Assembly (NCBI GenBank): GCA_963840455.1
Contig: CAWIYV010000009.1
Coordinates: 320,001 to 384,000, forward strand
DNA length: 64,000 nucleotides
Reading direction: 5' to 3'
DNA from: Nitrospirota bacterium
GTDB taxonomy: Bacteria > Nitrospirota > UBA9217
The notes below the pieces were generated by a model that was not told the DNA's origin, made no database searches, and worked only from the letters and a program-made list of their open reading frames with translations. Below are positions 9,961 through 19,420 of the stretch, one piece after another (the first letter of the stretch is position 1; each line of letters starts with the position of its first letter). Position numbers and translations under genes: made by a program.

Positions 9961-10842
9961 ATGCAGACCAATAGTATGACAAATACATCGATCACGGTCA
10001 GCGGGGCGATGATCAAGATCGCTGCGCTTACCGCGGAGCCCTATGAGGACGTGATTGATCCCGAGGCGATGATCAAGTCCCTCGCGGACAGCCGGACCCC
10101 AGCTGACCTGTTCACCTTCATCCAGCGACCGCCGGATTCCGCTCCGCTGTTTAGCTACCCCCTGGAGTGGGACAATATGGCAGTGCTGTCGGTGACGGAC
10201 TACGATCACTGGTGGACCAAGCAGATCAACGACAAGACCAGGAACCTCGTACGCAAAGCTGCCAAAAAAGGAGTGGTCGTCAGGCAGGTGCCCTTCGATC
10301 AGGATCTCACCCGGGCGATCGCCGAGATCTATAATGAAACACCGATACGTCAAGGGCGGCATTTCTGGCACTACGGCAAGGATGCCGAAACGATCCGCAC
10401 CGAGAACGAGGAATACGCGGACCGGAGCGAGTACTACGCGGCCTATCACGATGACAATGTCATTGGGTTCATGCGTCTGGTGCATGATGAGAAGCTCACG
10501 AACATCATGTACATCTTGTCCAAGATAGCCCATCGGGAAAAGGCGCCGAACAATGCTTTGATCGCATATGCCGTGAAGCGCTGTGCAGAGTTCGGACAGC
10601 GGGATATCGTCTACGCCAAGTACGTGTACGGCAAGAAAGGCGAGGACAAATTGACCGATTTCAAGCGGCACAACGGATTCCGGAAGGTCGATATCCCCCG
10701 GTACTACATACCGCTCACGGTGAAGGGCCGCATGGCCCTGCAGCTCCGTCTGCATCATGGCATACAATCGGTCATCCCGCAGGCACTCTATGCCCGACTG
10801 GTACATCTGCGCAACCGCTGGTACGGCGCGGGGGCATCCTAG
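9961..10842 (+). CDS. FemAB/GNAT-like acyltransferase
   Basis: 'KTRNLVRKAAKKGVVV' resembles the FemX/FemAB helix motif; 'APNNALI...LTDFKRHNGF' is GNAT-like; RBS GAGGAG. Confidence 0.6.
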   Translation: MQTNSMTNTSITVSGAMIKIAALTAEPYEDVIDPEAMIKSLADSRTPADLFTFIQRPPDSAPLFSYPLEWDNMAVLSVTDYDHWWTKQINDKTRNLVRKAAKKGVVVRQVPFDQDLTRAIAEIYNETPIRQGRHFWHYGKDAETIRTENEEYADRSEYYAAYHDDNVIGFMRLVHDEKLTNIMYILSKIAHREKAPNNALIAYAVKRCAEFGQRDIVYAKYVYGKKGEDKLTDFKRHNGFRKVDIPRYYIPLTVKGRMALQLRLHHGIQSVIPQALYARLVHLRNRWYGAGAS

Positions 10843-11028
10843 TCGGTGCCTGATCCCGCCGCCGCAGAATCCCCTGGCAAACCTTGAGATGGTCGCAGCG
10901 GCCACATTCGCGACGGAGCATCGTGCGGGAAGGCCTGCTGCTGCGGGAAATCGTGCGATGCATCATATTTCTCCGACCTCCCGGAGAAAGGATCTTTCGT
11001 TCGTAGGACGGGAGAAGAAAGGAATCGC

Positions 11029-12888
11029 ATGCCGGGCATTACTGGTATCATCGCACAGGCGACGCAGGAACGGCATCGCCGCTCATTGGACATCATGATG
11101 GCCGGCATGCTGCACGAGCCGTTCTATTCGACCGGGACCTCGGTACAGGAAGAGCTCGGTATCTACCTGGGCTGGACCTGTCATCAGGGGTCGTTCTGCG
11201 ACTGCATGCCTGTTACGAACGAGCAGCGGAACGTCATCCTGGTGCTGTCCGGCGAGTGCGTTATTGACAAGGGCGTGGCGGAATGGCTGAAAGCGCGCGG
11301 GCATCTGTTCGCGCGCAACGATGCGAGCTGCCTGGTGCACTGGTACGAAGAGCGGGGAGAGGACCTGTTCCGCGAGCTGAACGGCTGGTTCAGCGGGGTG
11401 CTGGTTGACCTCCGACAACACAAGTGCATCCTGTTCAACGACCGCTACGGCATGCAGCGGATCTACTATCACGAGAACAAGGATGGATTTTTCTTCTCCT
11501 CGGAAGCAAAAGCGCTGCTGGCGCTGAATCCCGAACTGCGCCGGCTCGACGAGCGAAGTCTTGCGGAACAGCTAACCTGCGGCTGTGTCCTGGAGAACCG
11601 TTCGTTATATAGCGGAGTGTCGGTCCTGCCCGGAGCATCGGTCTGGACCTTTTCGGGCGACGGTCGGCCTCACCGGACGGCCTATTTCACGCCGTTGGAG
11701 TGGGAAGATCAACCGGTGCTGCCTGACGAGCAATTCTACCACGACCTGCGGAATACCTTCAGGGCCGTCGTACCGCGGTATACGCATTCGATGCAGCGGA
11801 TCGGCGTGTCCCTGACCGGAGGCCTGGACACGCGCATGATCATGGCGCATGCCGATGCGGCGCCGGGGGCACTGCCGTGTTACACCTTTGGCGGCATGTA
11901 CCGGGACTGTTACGACGTCAAGGTCGCCCGGAAGGTCGCCCGGGCCTGCAACCAGCCGCACGAGGTGATCCCGCTGGATGGCGAATTCCTGCGCGACTTC
12001 GCGACCCATGCGGAACGCACGGTCATGATATCGGACGGGAACCTCGAGGTGAACGGAGCGCCGGAGATCTATGTCAACCGGATCGCCCGCGGCATCGCGC
12101 CGGTGCGTCTGACCGGCAATCACGGCAGCGAGGTCATGCGCGATGTCCGGTTCCTGCGGGCGAGACCGCCGCAGCGGGGGCCATTCCACCGTGACCTCGA
12201 CGCTTCGCTGCAGAAGGCCGTTGAGACCTACACCCAGGTCAGCAGCGGACATCCCCTGACCTTCAGCGTGTTCAAGGAAGCGCCGTGGTTTCATGTCAAC
12301 CGGCTCTCCGTGGAGCAGTCACAGGTGACGATGCGGTCACCATACCTGGACAACGATCTGGTATCGCTCCTCTACCGGGGATCACCCGCAGTCCGGGCAT
12401 CGGAAGCAACCGCGCTGCGGCTGATCGGTGACGGGAACCATGGACTGGCTGCGATCTTCACCGACCGGGGTTACGGCGGGACCGCAAACCCGGTGCTGGC
12501 GAAAGCGGCACGGGCCTATTTTGAACTTTCGTTCCTTGCCGAATACGCATATGATTACGGCATGCCGCAGTGGATCGTAACGGCCGACAGCCTGCTCTCC
12601 TTCCTGCATATCGAAAGGCTTTTTCTCGGTCGTCACAAGTTCTATCATTTCCGCGTCTGGTATCGTGATCATTTGTCTTCCTATGTAAAGGAGATACTCC
12701 TGGACCCGCGGACGCTGGCGAGGCCGCATGTGGACCGGGCCGGGTGGGAAACGGTCGTGCACGAGCACACCCGGGGGCGACGCAATCATACGACGGCGAT
12801 CACGAGGATGCTGACAGTGGAACTGATCCACCGGGTCTTCCTCGACCAGGCACCCCCGCCATCGACCACGGCGCTACGCAGCAGCTGA
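11029..12888 (+). CDS. asparagine synthetase B-like amidoligase (N-terminal Cys replaced by Pro)
   Basis: MPGITG N-terminus, NDRYG, FSSEAKALL, LTGGLDTR (PP-loop) and RSPYLDNDLV; RBS AAGGA. Confidence 0.85.
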   Translation: MPGITGIIAQATQERHRRSLDIMMAGMLHEPFYSTGTSVQEELGIYLGWTCHQGSFCDCMPVTNEQRNVILVLSGECVIDKGVAEWLKARGHLFARNDASCLVHWYEERGEDLFRELNGWFSGVLVDLRQHKCILFNDRYGMQRIYYHENKDGFFFSSEAKALLALNPELRRLDERSLAEQLTCGCVLENRSLYSGVSVLPGASVWTFSGDGRPHRTAYFTPLEWEDQPVLPDEQFYHDLRNTFRAVVPRYTHSMQRIGVSLTGGLDTRMIMAHADAAPGALPCYTFGGMYRDCYDVKVARKVARACNQPHEVIPLDGEFLRDFATHAERTVMISDGNLEVNGAPEIYVNRIARGIAPVRLTGNHGSEVMRDVRFLRARPPQRGPFHRDLDASLQKAVETYTQVSSGHPLTFSVFKEAPWFHVNRLSVEQSQVTMRSPYLDNDLVSLLYRGSPAVRASEATALRLIGDGNHGLAAIFTDRGYGGTANPVLAKAARAYFELSFLAEYAYDYGMPQWIVTADSLLSFLHIERLFLGRHKFYHFRVWYRDHLSSYVKEILLDPRTLARPHVDRAGWETVVHEHTRGRRNHTTAITRMLTVELIHRVFLDQAPPPSTTALRSS

Positions 12889-12988
12889 TCCAGTTGCCCC
12901 GCTGTGCCGCCTGCGTCAGGGCTGCCTCGGGATGTCGCGTACTCAATAATGCGTTTCCGAACCGCCGGAAAAGGTCTCCACCGAATTC

Positions 12989-14353
12989 ATGCCTCCCCAG
13001 CTGGCACTCATACTAAGCACGCTCTTCACGCTCATGCTGTTCCTTGCGGAGCGCCGCCGCGTCCCCCGGATGTCCGGCGCCCTCTGGGTCCCGCTTATCT
13101 GGCATTTCATCCTCGCTACGCGGTCCTTGTCCGTCTTGTTCAGTCCGACCGATGTTGAGATGTCTCCGGATGCCTACCTCGAAGGGAGCCCCTTCGACCG
13201 CGCGGTCTTCCTGGTGCTCATCCTGGCTGCGCTGGCCATACTGCTCAAAAGGTCCGCGAGCCTGTCGAGGTTTGCCGCGAACAATCCCTGGCTGGTCCTG
13301 TACATGGTGTATTGCGGGATCAGCGTATTGTGGTCGGACTATCCCTTCGTGTCCTTCAAGCGGTGGACCAAGGACATCGGCAACGTCGCCATGGTCCTCG
13401 TCGTTATGACGGAAGCGGACCCCGTGGAGGCGGTCAAGGCGCTGCTTCGGCGGATCGCCTACATGGCCGTTCCGCTCTCGATCGTGCTCATCAAGTATTT
13501 CGCGGATCTCGGACGGCAGTTCACCCACAGCGGCGAACTGATGTTCGTCGGGGCGACCACGCACAAGAATTCGCTCGGTATCCTGTGCGCGATCCTGATA
13601 ATCATGTTCGTCTGGCATCTGGTCCACACCCCGCGTCCGGCGACACAATGGGAGCGGAGGGACCGGCGCATCCATATCCTGCTGGTCCTGATGATGGCCT
13701 GGCTGATGTACATTGCGGACAGTGCGACCTCGGTGATGTGCTGCGGCATCGGGCTCGCGGTCGTCTTCGGAATGGAGTTGCCGGTCATGCAAAGGAACTT
13801 ACGGCACATTGGCGCCGTGGTCGTGTCCCTCCTGATGATCGGATTCCTGCTTCAATACTCCTTAGACATCTGGCAGGTCATACTGACAGGCCTGGGAAGG
13901 GACGCGACGTTGACGGGAAGAACGGTGTTGTGGGAGCAGGTCCTGGCGATAGGAGCTAATCCGTTGATCGGGACCGGCTACGACAGCTTCTGGCTCGGCA
14001 GACGGGTGGAGATGTTCTGGGAAATGTACTATTGGAAGCCGAACCAGGCCCACAACGGATTCCTCGAGATCTACCTCAATCTCGGCTGGATCGGGGTCCT
14101 GCTGCTCACCGGGATCATCGTCTCCACCTACCGGAAGATCGCGTCACGAATGGTGCGGCACGATCCCTACCAGATTCTGCGCATGTCCCTCTACGTACTG
14201 GTAATAGTGTCGAACCTGACCGAGGCATATTTCAAGAATATTGCCGAGGTATGGTTCATCTTCCTTCTCATCGCGATCGAGTATCCCCGCCCGGCACTCC
14301 AGGCTTCCCGGGCCGTTTCATCCGCGGCGGTGAAATCGGCGGTCTGGAACTGA
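12989..14353 (+). CDS. O-antigen ligase/Wzy polymerase family protein (ExoQ-like)
   Basis: About 10-12 hydrophobic segments; HKNSLG, SATS, GRDATLTGRT, AHNGFLE. Confidence 0.88.
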   Translation: MPPQLALILSTLFTLMLFLAERRRVPRMSGALWVPLIWHFILATRSLSVLFSPTDVEMSPDAYLEGSPFDRAVFLVLILAALAILLKRSASLSRFAANNPWLVLYMVYCGISVLWSDYPFVSFKRWTKDIGNVAMVLVVMTEADPVEAVKALLRRIAYMAVPLSIVLIKYFADLGRQFTHSGELMFVGATTHKNSLGILCAILIIMFVWHLVHTPRPATQWERRDRRIHILLVLMMAWLMYIADSATSVMCCGIGLAVVFGMELPVMQRNLRHIGAVVVSLLMIGFLLQYSLDIWQVILTGLGRDATLTGRTVLWEQVLAIGANPLIGTGYDSFWLGRRVEMFWEMYYWKPNQAHNGFLEIYLNLGWIGVLLLTGIIVSTYRKIASRMVRHDPYQILRMSLYVLVIVSNLTEAYFKNIAEVWFIFLLIAIEYPRPALQASRAVSSAAVKSAVWN

Positions 14354-14375
14354 CGAACGGGAGCAGAAGAGAGGC

Positions 14376-15944
14376 ATGAGCGATTATTTCGACACCGGTT
14401 CTTTGCGGACGGACCTGAGGAAGCGGGCGGTGCGAGGGGCGGGTTTCACGGTCGTTTCCCAGGCATCGACCTTCCTGATGCATATCATCAGCACGGTAGT
14501 GCTTGCCCGGCTCCTGACACCGGACGATTTCGGCCTTGTCGCCATGGCGGTGACCTTCAGCCTGCTGCTCCAGAACTTCGGCCTTAACGGATTTACCGAG
14601 GCCATCATGCAGAAGGAGGAACTCGACCAGCGACTCGTCAGCACCTTCTTCTGGATCAATATCGCCATAAGTCTCGGCCTCACGCTCGCGTTCATGGCAG
14701 CCGCGCCGGCCCTGTGCTGGTTGTACCACGAACCCCGGCTGAAGGCGATCTCCATCGGCGTCGCACTCTCGATCATTTTCACCGGAGTCGGGAACATCCA
14801 TGCTGCACTGCTGAAGCGCAAAATGGAGTTCAAGGCCACGTCGGCGATCTTCTTTGCCGCGCGAACGGCGGGATTCCTGCTGGCGATTGCCCTGGCGTGG
14901 ATGGGGTGGGGGTACTGGGCGCTCGTTATCAACACTGTCGCGCAGCCATTCGTCTATGCGGTGTGCGCATGGGCGTTCTGCAGCTGGCGGCCGGGGATGC
15001 CGGCGCGCAATACCGGCGTCCGGTCCATGGTCGTCTATGCGTTCCACGTCTACGGAAACTTCGTTCTGAATTACAGCTCCCGCAATGCCGACAACTTCCT
15101 CGTGGGGCGATATATCGGCGCGCTCTCGCTGGGATATTACAAGAAGGCGTACGATATCTTTGCCCTTCCGGTCAATCAACTGACAGCTCCCCTGACCGAT
15201 GTTGCGCTCTCGACGCTGAGCAGGCTGACCGGCGATCCTGATCGGTACCGGCGATACTATCTGGATGCGATCTCGATCCTCGCCTTCATCGGTATGGCGA
15301 TGAGCCTCCTGTTGACACTCAATGCCCATGACCTGATCCTGCTGATCCTCGGACCGCAGTGGAGAAAATCTGCCGACATCTTTCTTTTCTTCGGCCCCGG
15401 CATAGGGATCATGCTCGTCTACTATACGAACAGCTGGCTGCATCTCTCCCTGGGGAGGGCCGACCGCCTGTTCCGCTGGGGATTCGTCGAACTGGTGGTC
15501 ACCGTGCTCTCCTTTATCATCGGCCTGCCCTTCGGCCCTGCCGGGATCGCGGCCGCCTGGACCTCATCATTCTATCTGCTGACCGGCATCGGGCTGTGGT
15601 ACGCGGGAAAGCCGATCCAGATCACGTTCAGCGCCGTGCTGGCATCCGTATGGAAGTATGTGGTCGCTGCGCTGGCGGCGGGAATAGCCACGCACTATCT
15701 ACTCCGGTCCGTTGATGCAATCGCGGAACCTTTCGGGAACCTTCATATTACACTGCGTATACTGCTATCCGGAACATTCAGCCTATCGCTGTACCTGCTC
15801 ATTATCCTGGCTCTCTATGGGGGAACCAGGCCCATCACCCAACTGCTCTCTTTGGCAGGGGACATAGCCCCGTCCTGGCTGATCCGGCGACGGCCAAAAG
15901 AACAGGATGCTGAAGAGGCCAAACGCATGCAGATCGAGCTGTGA
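14376..15944 (+). CDS. wzx: Wzx flippase (polysaccharide biosynthesis protein)
   Basis: LARLLTPDDFGLVAM, GYWAL, LGYYKKAY; many TM helices. Confidence 0.88.
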   Translation: MSDYFDTGSLRTDLRKRAVRGAGFTVVSQASTFLMHIISTVVLARLLTPDDFGLVAMAVTFSLLLQNFGLNGFTEAIMQKEELDQRLVSTFFWINIAISLGLTLAFMAAAPALCWLYHEPRLKAISIGVALSIIFTGVGNIHAALLKRKMEFKATSAIFFAARTAGFLLAIALAWMGWGYWALVINTVAQPFVYAVCAWAFCSWRPGMPARNTGVRSMVVYAFHVYGNFVLNYSSRNADNFLVGRYIGALSLGYYKKAYDIFALPVNQLTAPLTDVALSTLSRLTGDPDRYRRYYLDAISILAFIGMAMSLLLTLNAHDLILLILGPQWRKSADIFLFFGPGIGIMLVYYTNSWLHLSLGRADRLFRWGFVELVVTVLSFIIGLPFGPAGIAAAWTSSFYLLTGIGLWYAGKPIQITFSAVLASVWKYVVAALAAGIATHYLLRSVDAIAEPFGNLHITLRILLSGTFSLSLYLLIILALYGGTRPITQLLSLAGDIAPSWLIRRRPKEQDAEEAKRMQIEL

Positions 15945-16106
15945 TGCGGCAGCCGCATGCTGCAACCTTGTGGAAAGGTCTGCGGGATAGCGACCGGAAG
16001 AGTCAAAGGGGATCTGTATCACGTATAAAAGACTACCGACGGTAAAAATATGATCGACACCGCATGGACGGCATCACGATTTCCACGATTAAGGGAAGAG
16101 GCGGCC

Positions 16107-18014
16107 ATGAACACACAGACCGGTACGATCAGCAGAAGCGTGATCAGGATCGCTGCAGTGAGCAGCGTGCTCATTGCCTTTCTTTTCAACGGCATCGCGG
16201 GAGCGGAGGTCATAGGTCCCGACCGACGGATCACCTGGACGCCCGGCGTCTCCGGCGGTATCCCCAACCGGACAACCGTATGCGCCACGCTCAGCCCGTC
16301 GGGCGGCGATGACGGGGCCGCCATCGCAACTGCCATCAAGGACTGTCCCGCCGAAGGCGTGGTCAAGCTCAATGCGGGGACATTCACGCTTTCCAGTGGG
16401 TTCAACGTCAACAAGAACATCACCGTGCGCGGCGCCGGACCGACCAGTACGATCCTGAATGTCACGGGATCGGGAAACCAGAAGGTAAGCATGGGCGGAG
16501 GGGGCTTTGGCGCCTCCATCGCCGTGAAAAGCGGGTATACCCGGGGTTCGACAAGCATCACCGTTGCGAGTGCCTCGAACATCGTTGCGGGAGACCTCCT
16601 GTGGCTCGACCAGAATAACGACAATAGCACGACGGTGGTCACTCAGATGGGGACGGGCGGCAGCTGCAAGTGGTGCGGCGGTCTCGACATCGGCTCCGCC
16701 CGCGGGGGGGGGCGAACGCTCGGTCAGATCATCAAGGTCACGGGTGTAAGCGGCAACACCCTGACGCTCGAGAAGGGATTGTACTGGAACTATGTCGCCG
16801 CGGCGCAGCCGGCCGTGTGGAGAATGACCACCGTGAGCCGAGCTGGCATCGAGGACCTGCAGGTAACGCAGGGAAACAGCTACCCGGCCAGGAACCTGAT
16901 CTTCATGAGCTACTGCAACGAATGCTGGGTGAAGAACGCGGAGCTGAAGAACGGCAAACAGCGGCATCTGGAGGTGACCTTCAGCTACCGGTTCGAGGTT
17001 CGGGACAGTTTTTTCCATCTTGCTGACAGATATGGACAGGATCACGGTTACTGCATGTCTTTTTGGGATGGGGCAACCGATGGTCTAGTCGAAAACAACA
17101 TCATGGACACTTGTCTGCTGGCCGTTGCTTTTAACGGACCCTGTGCCGGCAATGTCATAGCATATAATTACAGCAACAATGTAACGTACACTGCCGATCC
17201 TACATTCCTTGAAGGCGACTTCGCGACCCATGGAGCGCATCCCTATTTCAATCTATTCGAAGGCAATATGGGCTATATGGCGCAACATGACGTCTACTGG
17301 GGATCATCGTCTCACAACACGTGGTTCCGAAACAGATTTTTAGGATATAAAGCCGGGCTGAGCGCTAATCTCCATTCAGTAATCGCTGAAGCCAACCAAA
17401 CCTACCTGAATTACGTCGGGAATATTCTCGGGACGGCAGCGCCACCATACAAGAGATACGAAACAGAGAACCTGTCGGATCCAGGCTGCTATAATCAGCG
17501 CGATGTTTATAAGATCGGGTATGATGCCGGCTCTGGAGACTGCAGTGCGTCCGGCAACGATCCGAACGCCAAGCTCACCATGCTGCGGCATGGCAATTAT
17601 GATTACTTCAACAGGGCGGTAGTGTGGGATGCTGCCATTGCCGATCGGACCATCCCGACCTCGTTGTATTTGAGCGCCAGGCCGAGCTGGTGGGGGAGTC
17701 AGCCCTGGCCTCCCATCGGGCCGGACGTAATCGGTTTTGTGCAGAGCATCCCTGCGAAAGACCGGTTCGATAGCATGAAGCCTCCGGCGCCGCACACCGT
17801 CACGCCCTCGGCGGGACCGAATGGCAGTATCAGTCCGAATACAGCGCGAACAATCAACGATGGCACGACAGCTCAATTCACGGTGACGCCAAATGCCGGT
17901 TATACGGTGGCTGTCGGGGGGACCTGCGGCGGAACACTGTCTGGCGCGACGTATACCACGAACACGGTCACGGCAGACAGTACGGTAAGGGCGACATTTA
18001 CCCTCAACCCGTGA
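16107..18014 (+). CDS. secreted right-handed beta-helix (pectate-lyase-like) protein with a C-terminal bacterial repeat domain
   Basis: Signal peptide; DDGAAIATAI / VRGAGP lyase-like N-terminus; repeated N-x-x-x-x-N ladders; C-terminal 'GPNGSISP...FTVTPNAGY...VTADSTVRATF' repeat domain. Confidence 0.75.
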   Translation: MNTQTGTISRSVIRIAAVSSVLIAFLFNGIAGAEVIGPDRRITWTPGVSGGIPNRTTVCATLSPSGGDDGAAIATAIKDCPAEGVVKLNAGTFTLSSGFNVNKNITVRGAGPTSTILNVTGSGNQKVSMGGGGFGASIAVKSGYTRGSTSITVASASNIVAGDLLWLDQNNDNSTTVVTQMGTGGSCKWCGGLDIGSARGGGRTLGQIIKVTGVSGNTLTLEKGLYWNYVAAAQPAVWRMTTVSRAGIEDLQVTQGNSYPARNLIFMSYCNECWVKNAELKNGKQRHLEVTFSYRFEVRDSFFHLADRYGQDHGYCMSFWDGATDGLVENNIMDTCLLAVAFNGPCAGNVIAYNYSNNVTYTADPTFLEGDFATHGAHPYFNLFEGNMGYMAQHDVYWGSSSHNTWFRNRFLGYKAGLSANLHSVIAEANQTYLNYVGNILGTAAPPYKRYETENLSDPGCYNQRDVYKIGYDAGSGDCSASGNDPNAKLTMLRHGNYDYFNRAVVWDAAIADRTIPTSLYLSARPSWWGSQPWPPIGPDVIGFVQSIPAKDRFDSMKPPAPHTVTPSAGPNGSISPNTARTINDGTTAQFTVTPNAGYTVAVGGTCGGTLSGATYTTNTVTADSTVRATFTLNP

Positions 18015-18330
18015 GGGCCCCGGACACGCCCTTCTCATCCGTCGGAAGAGGCCGTTCAGCAATCCTACGAGCACCACAGGGGCTGGGCCCGTTCATGCAG
18101 GTCAGGTCCATCCGCTCTTTCGCGCTCAACTGATCCTTCAGGTTGTGGCCGACGAGATGAGATGGCTGCGATCCAGTCGTCTGCAGCGACCGATCGCGAT
18201 GTACAGCACATCAGTAAACGGCAGTACCATCAAATACGCTCCTTCTCTGTTCTTCCAAAGCTACCACGAACGGACGCATCGAAGGTCTGGGCACATAATT
18301 TCAGATCGCAGCACTCTGGTTTATCTTCTC

Positions 18331-19200
18331 ATGCCGCGAATATCCTTCATACGGGGCAACGACAGGCGAGCGAACATCCGACGGTCTCTTGAGCTTATCG
18401 CTGATGATATTTCGCGGGGTCTCCGCTCCCGACAGCCCCTCATCAAGCCCAATCTCGTTTCCTCCACGAACCAGCTCGCATCGAGCCATGTGGACCAGGT
18501 CCGTGGTATCCTCGACGTCATCAGCCCGCTGTACACAGGCAGGATCCTGATCGCCGAGGCCTCCTGCCACGATACGCGGGAAGCGTACAGGAACTTCGGC
18601 TATGCTGCACTGATCGATGAATACAATGTCGAACTGGTCGATCTTGATGCAGAGGGGTATCAGGAAATTCGTGTGAGCGATACCGGGCGGGGGACACGGA
18701 TGACCGGGATATCCCGCTTATTAATGGATACGCGCTATTACCGGGTCTCTGCCGCAAAGATCAAGACCCATGATACTGTCATTGTTTCGTTATCCATCAA
18801 GAACATGGCTATGGGCGCCGTGAGGAACAGCGATCGGAAAGCCATACACGGGGACTTCAGAACGGCAAATCGAAATATTGCCGAGATCGCAGAACAGGTC
18901 TGGCCGGACCTGGCCGTGATCGACGGGATGATGGGCATGGAAGGGAACGGACCGTCTCGAGGAGAGCCGGTCCATCTGGGGGTGGCCTTCGCCGGAACCG
19001 ATGCTCTGGCAGTGGACCGTCTCACCTGTGATTTCATCGGAGTGGACTTCCATTCTGTGGGATACCTTCATTATTGTGCAGAGAAGGGGCTGGGCACGGC
19101 GGAACTCGGTCAGACAGCGGTTGCCGGCGATCGCTTCGAACCCCGCGAGGTGCCCTTGCGCCTTCACGAGTGCATGCATGAGCAGCTTTCCTGGAAATAA
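18331..19200 (+). CDS. DUF362 domain-containing protein
   Basis: LIKPNLV, KIKTHD...LSIKN, IDGMMGMEGNGP, DALAVD. The upstream part of the track ORF is probably non-coding. Confidence 0.82.
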   Translation: MPRISFIRGNDRRANIRRSLELIADDISRGLRSRQPLIKPNLVSSTNQLASSHVDQVRGILDVISPLYTGRILIAEASCHDTREAYRNFGYAALIDEYNVELVDLDAEGYQEIRVSDTGRGTRMTGISRLLMDTRYYRVSAAKIKTHDTVIVSLSIKNMAMGAVRNSDRKAIHGDFRTANRNIAEIAEQVWPDLAVIDGMMGMEGNGPSRGEPVHLGVAFAGTDALAVDRLTCDFIGVDFHSVGYLHYCAEKGLGTAELGQTAVAGDRFEPREVPLRLHECMHEQLSWK

Positions 19201-19420
19201 ATACCAGGGATGTGGAAGCTGGACCGCCCTGGTGATCGCAGAAAAAGCATGATCCGGATCGTCATGCGGAACTGTTAGCCTGGGGCGATGAACAGGAACC
19301 GTGGGCGGCCGTGTTCCGACTCTACCGCCATCGAACTGCCGACGAACCGACCGAAGAAACGAATCGATCTTCCGTTGATATGCAGGGATCGAGAACATTC
19401 TGCAAGGAAAGGTGATCACC

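Noticed and set aside
10870-10960. GGCAAACC...GGTCGCA resembling a c-di-GMP-I riboswitch upstream of the AsnB-like gene
   Set aside because: It lacks the GNRA-capped P2 stem, the CGCAAAGC junction and a P3 receptor; a cmscan would settle it.
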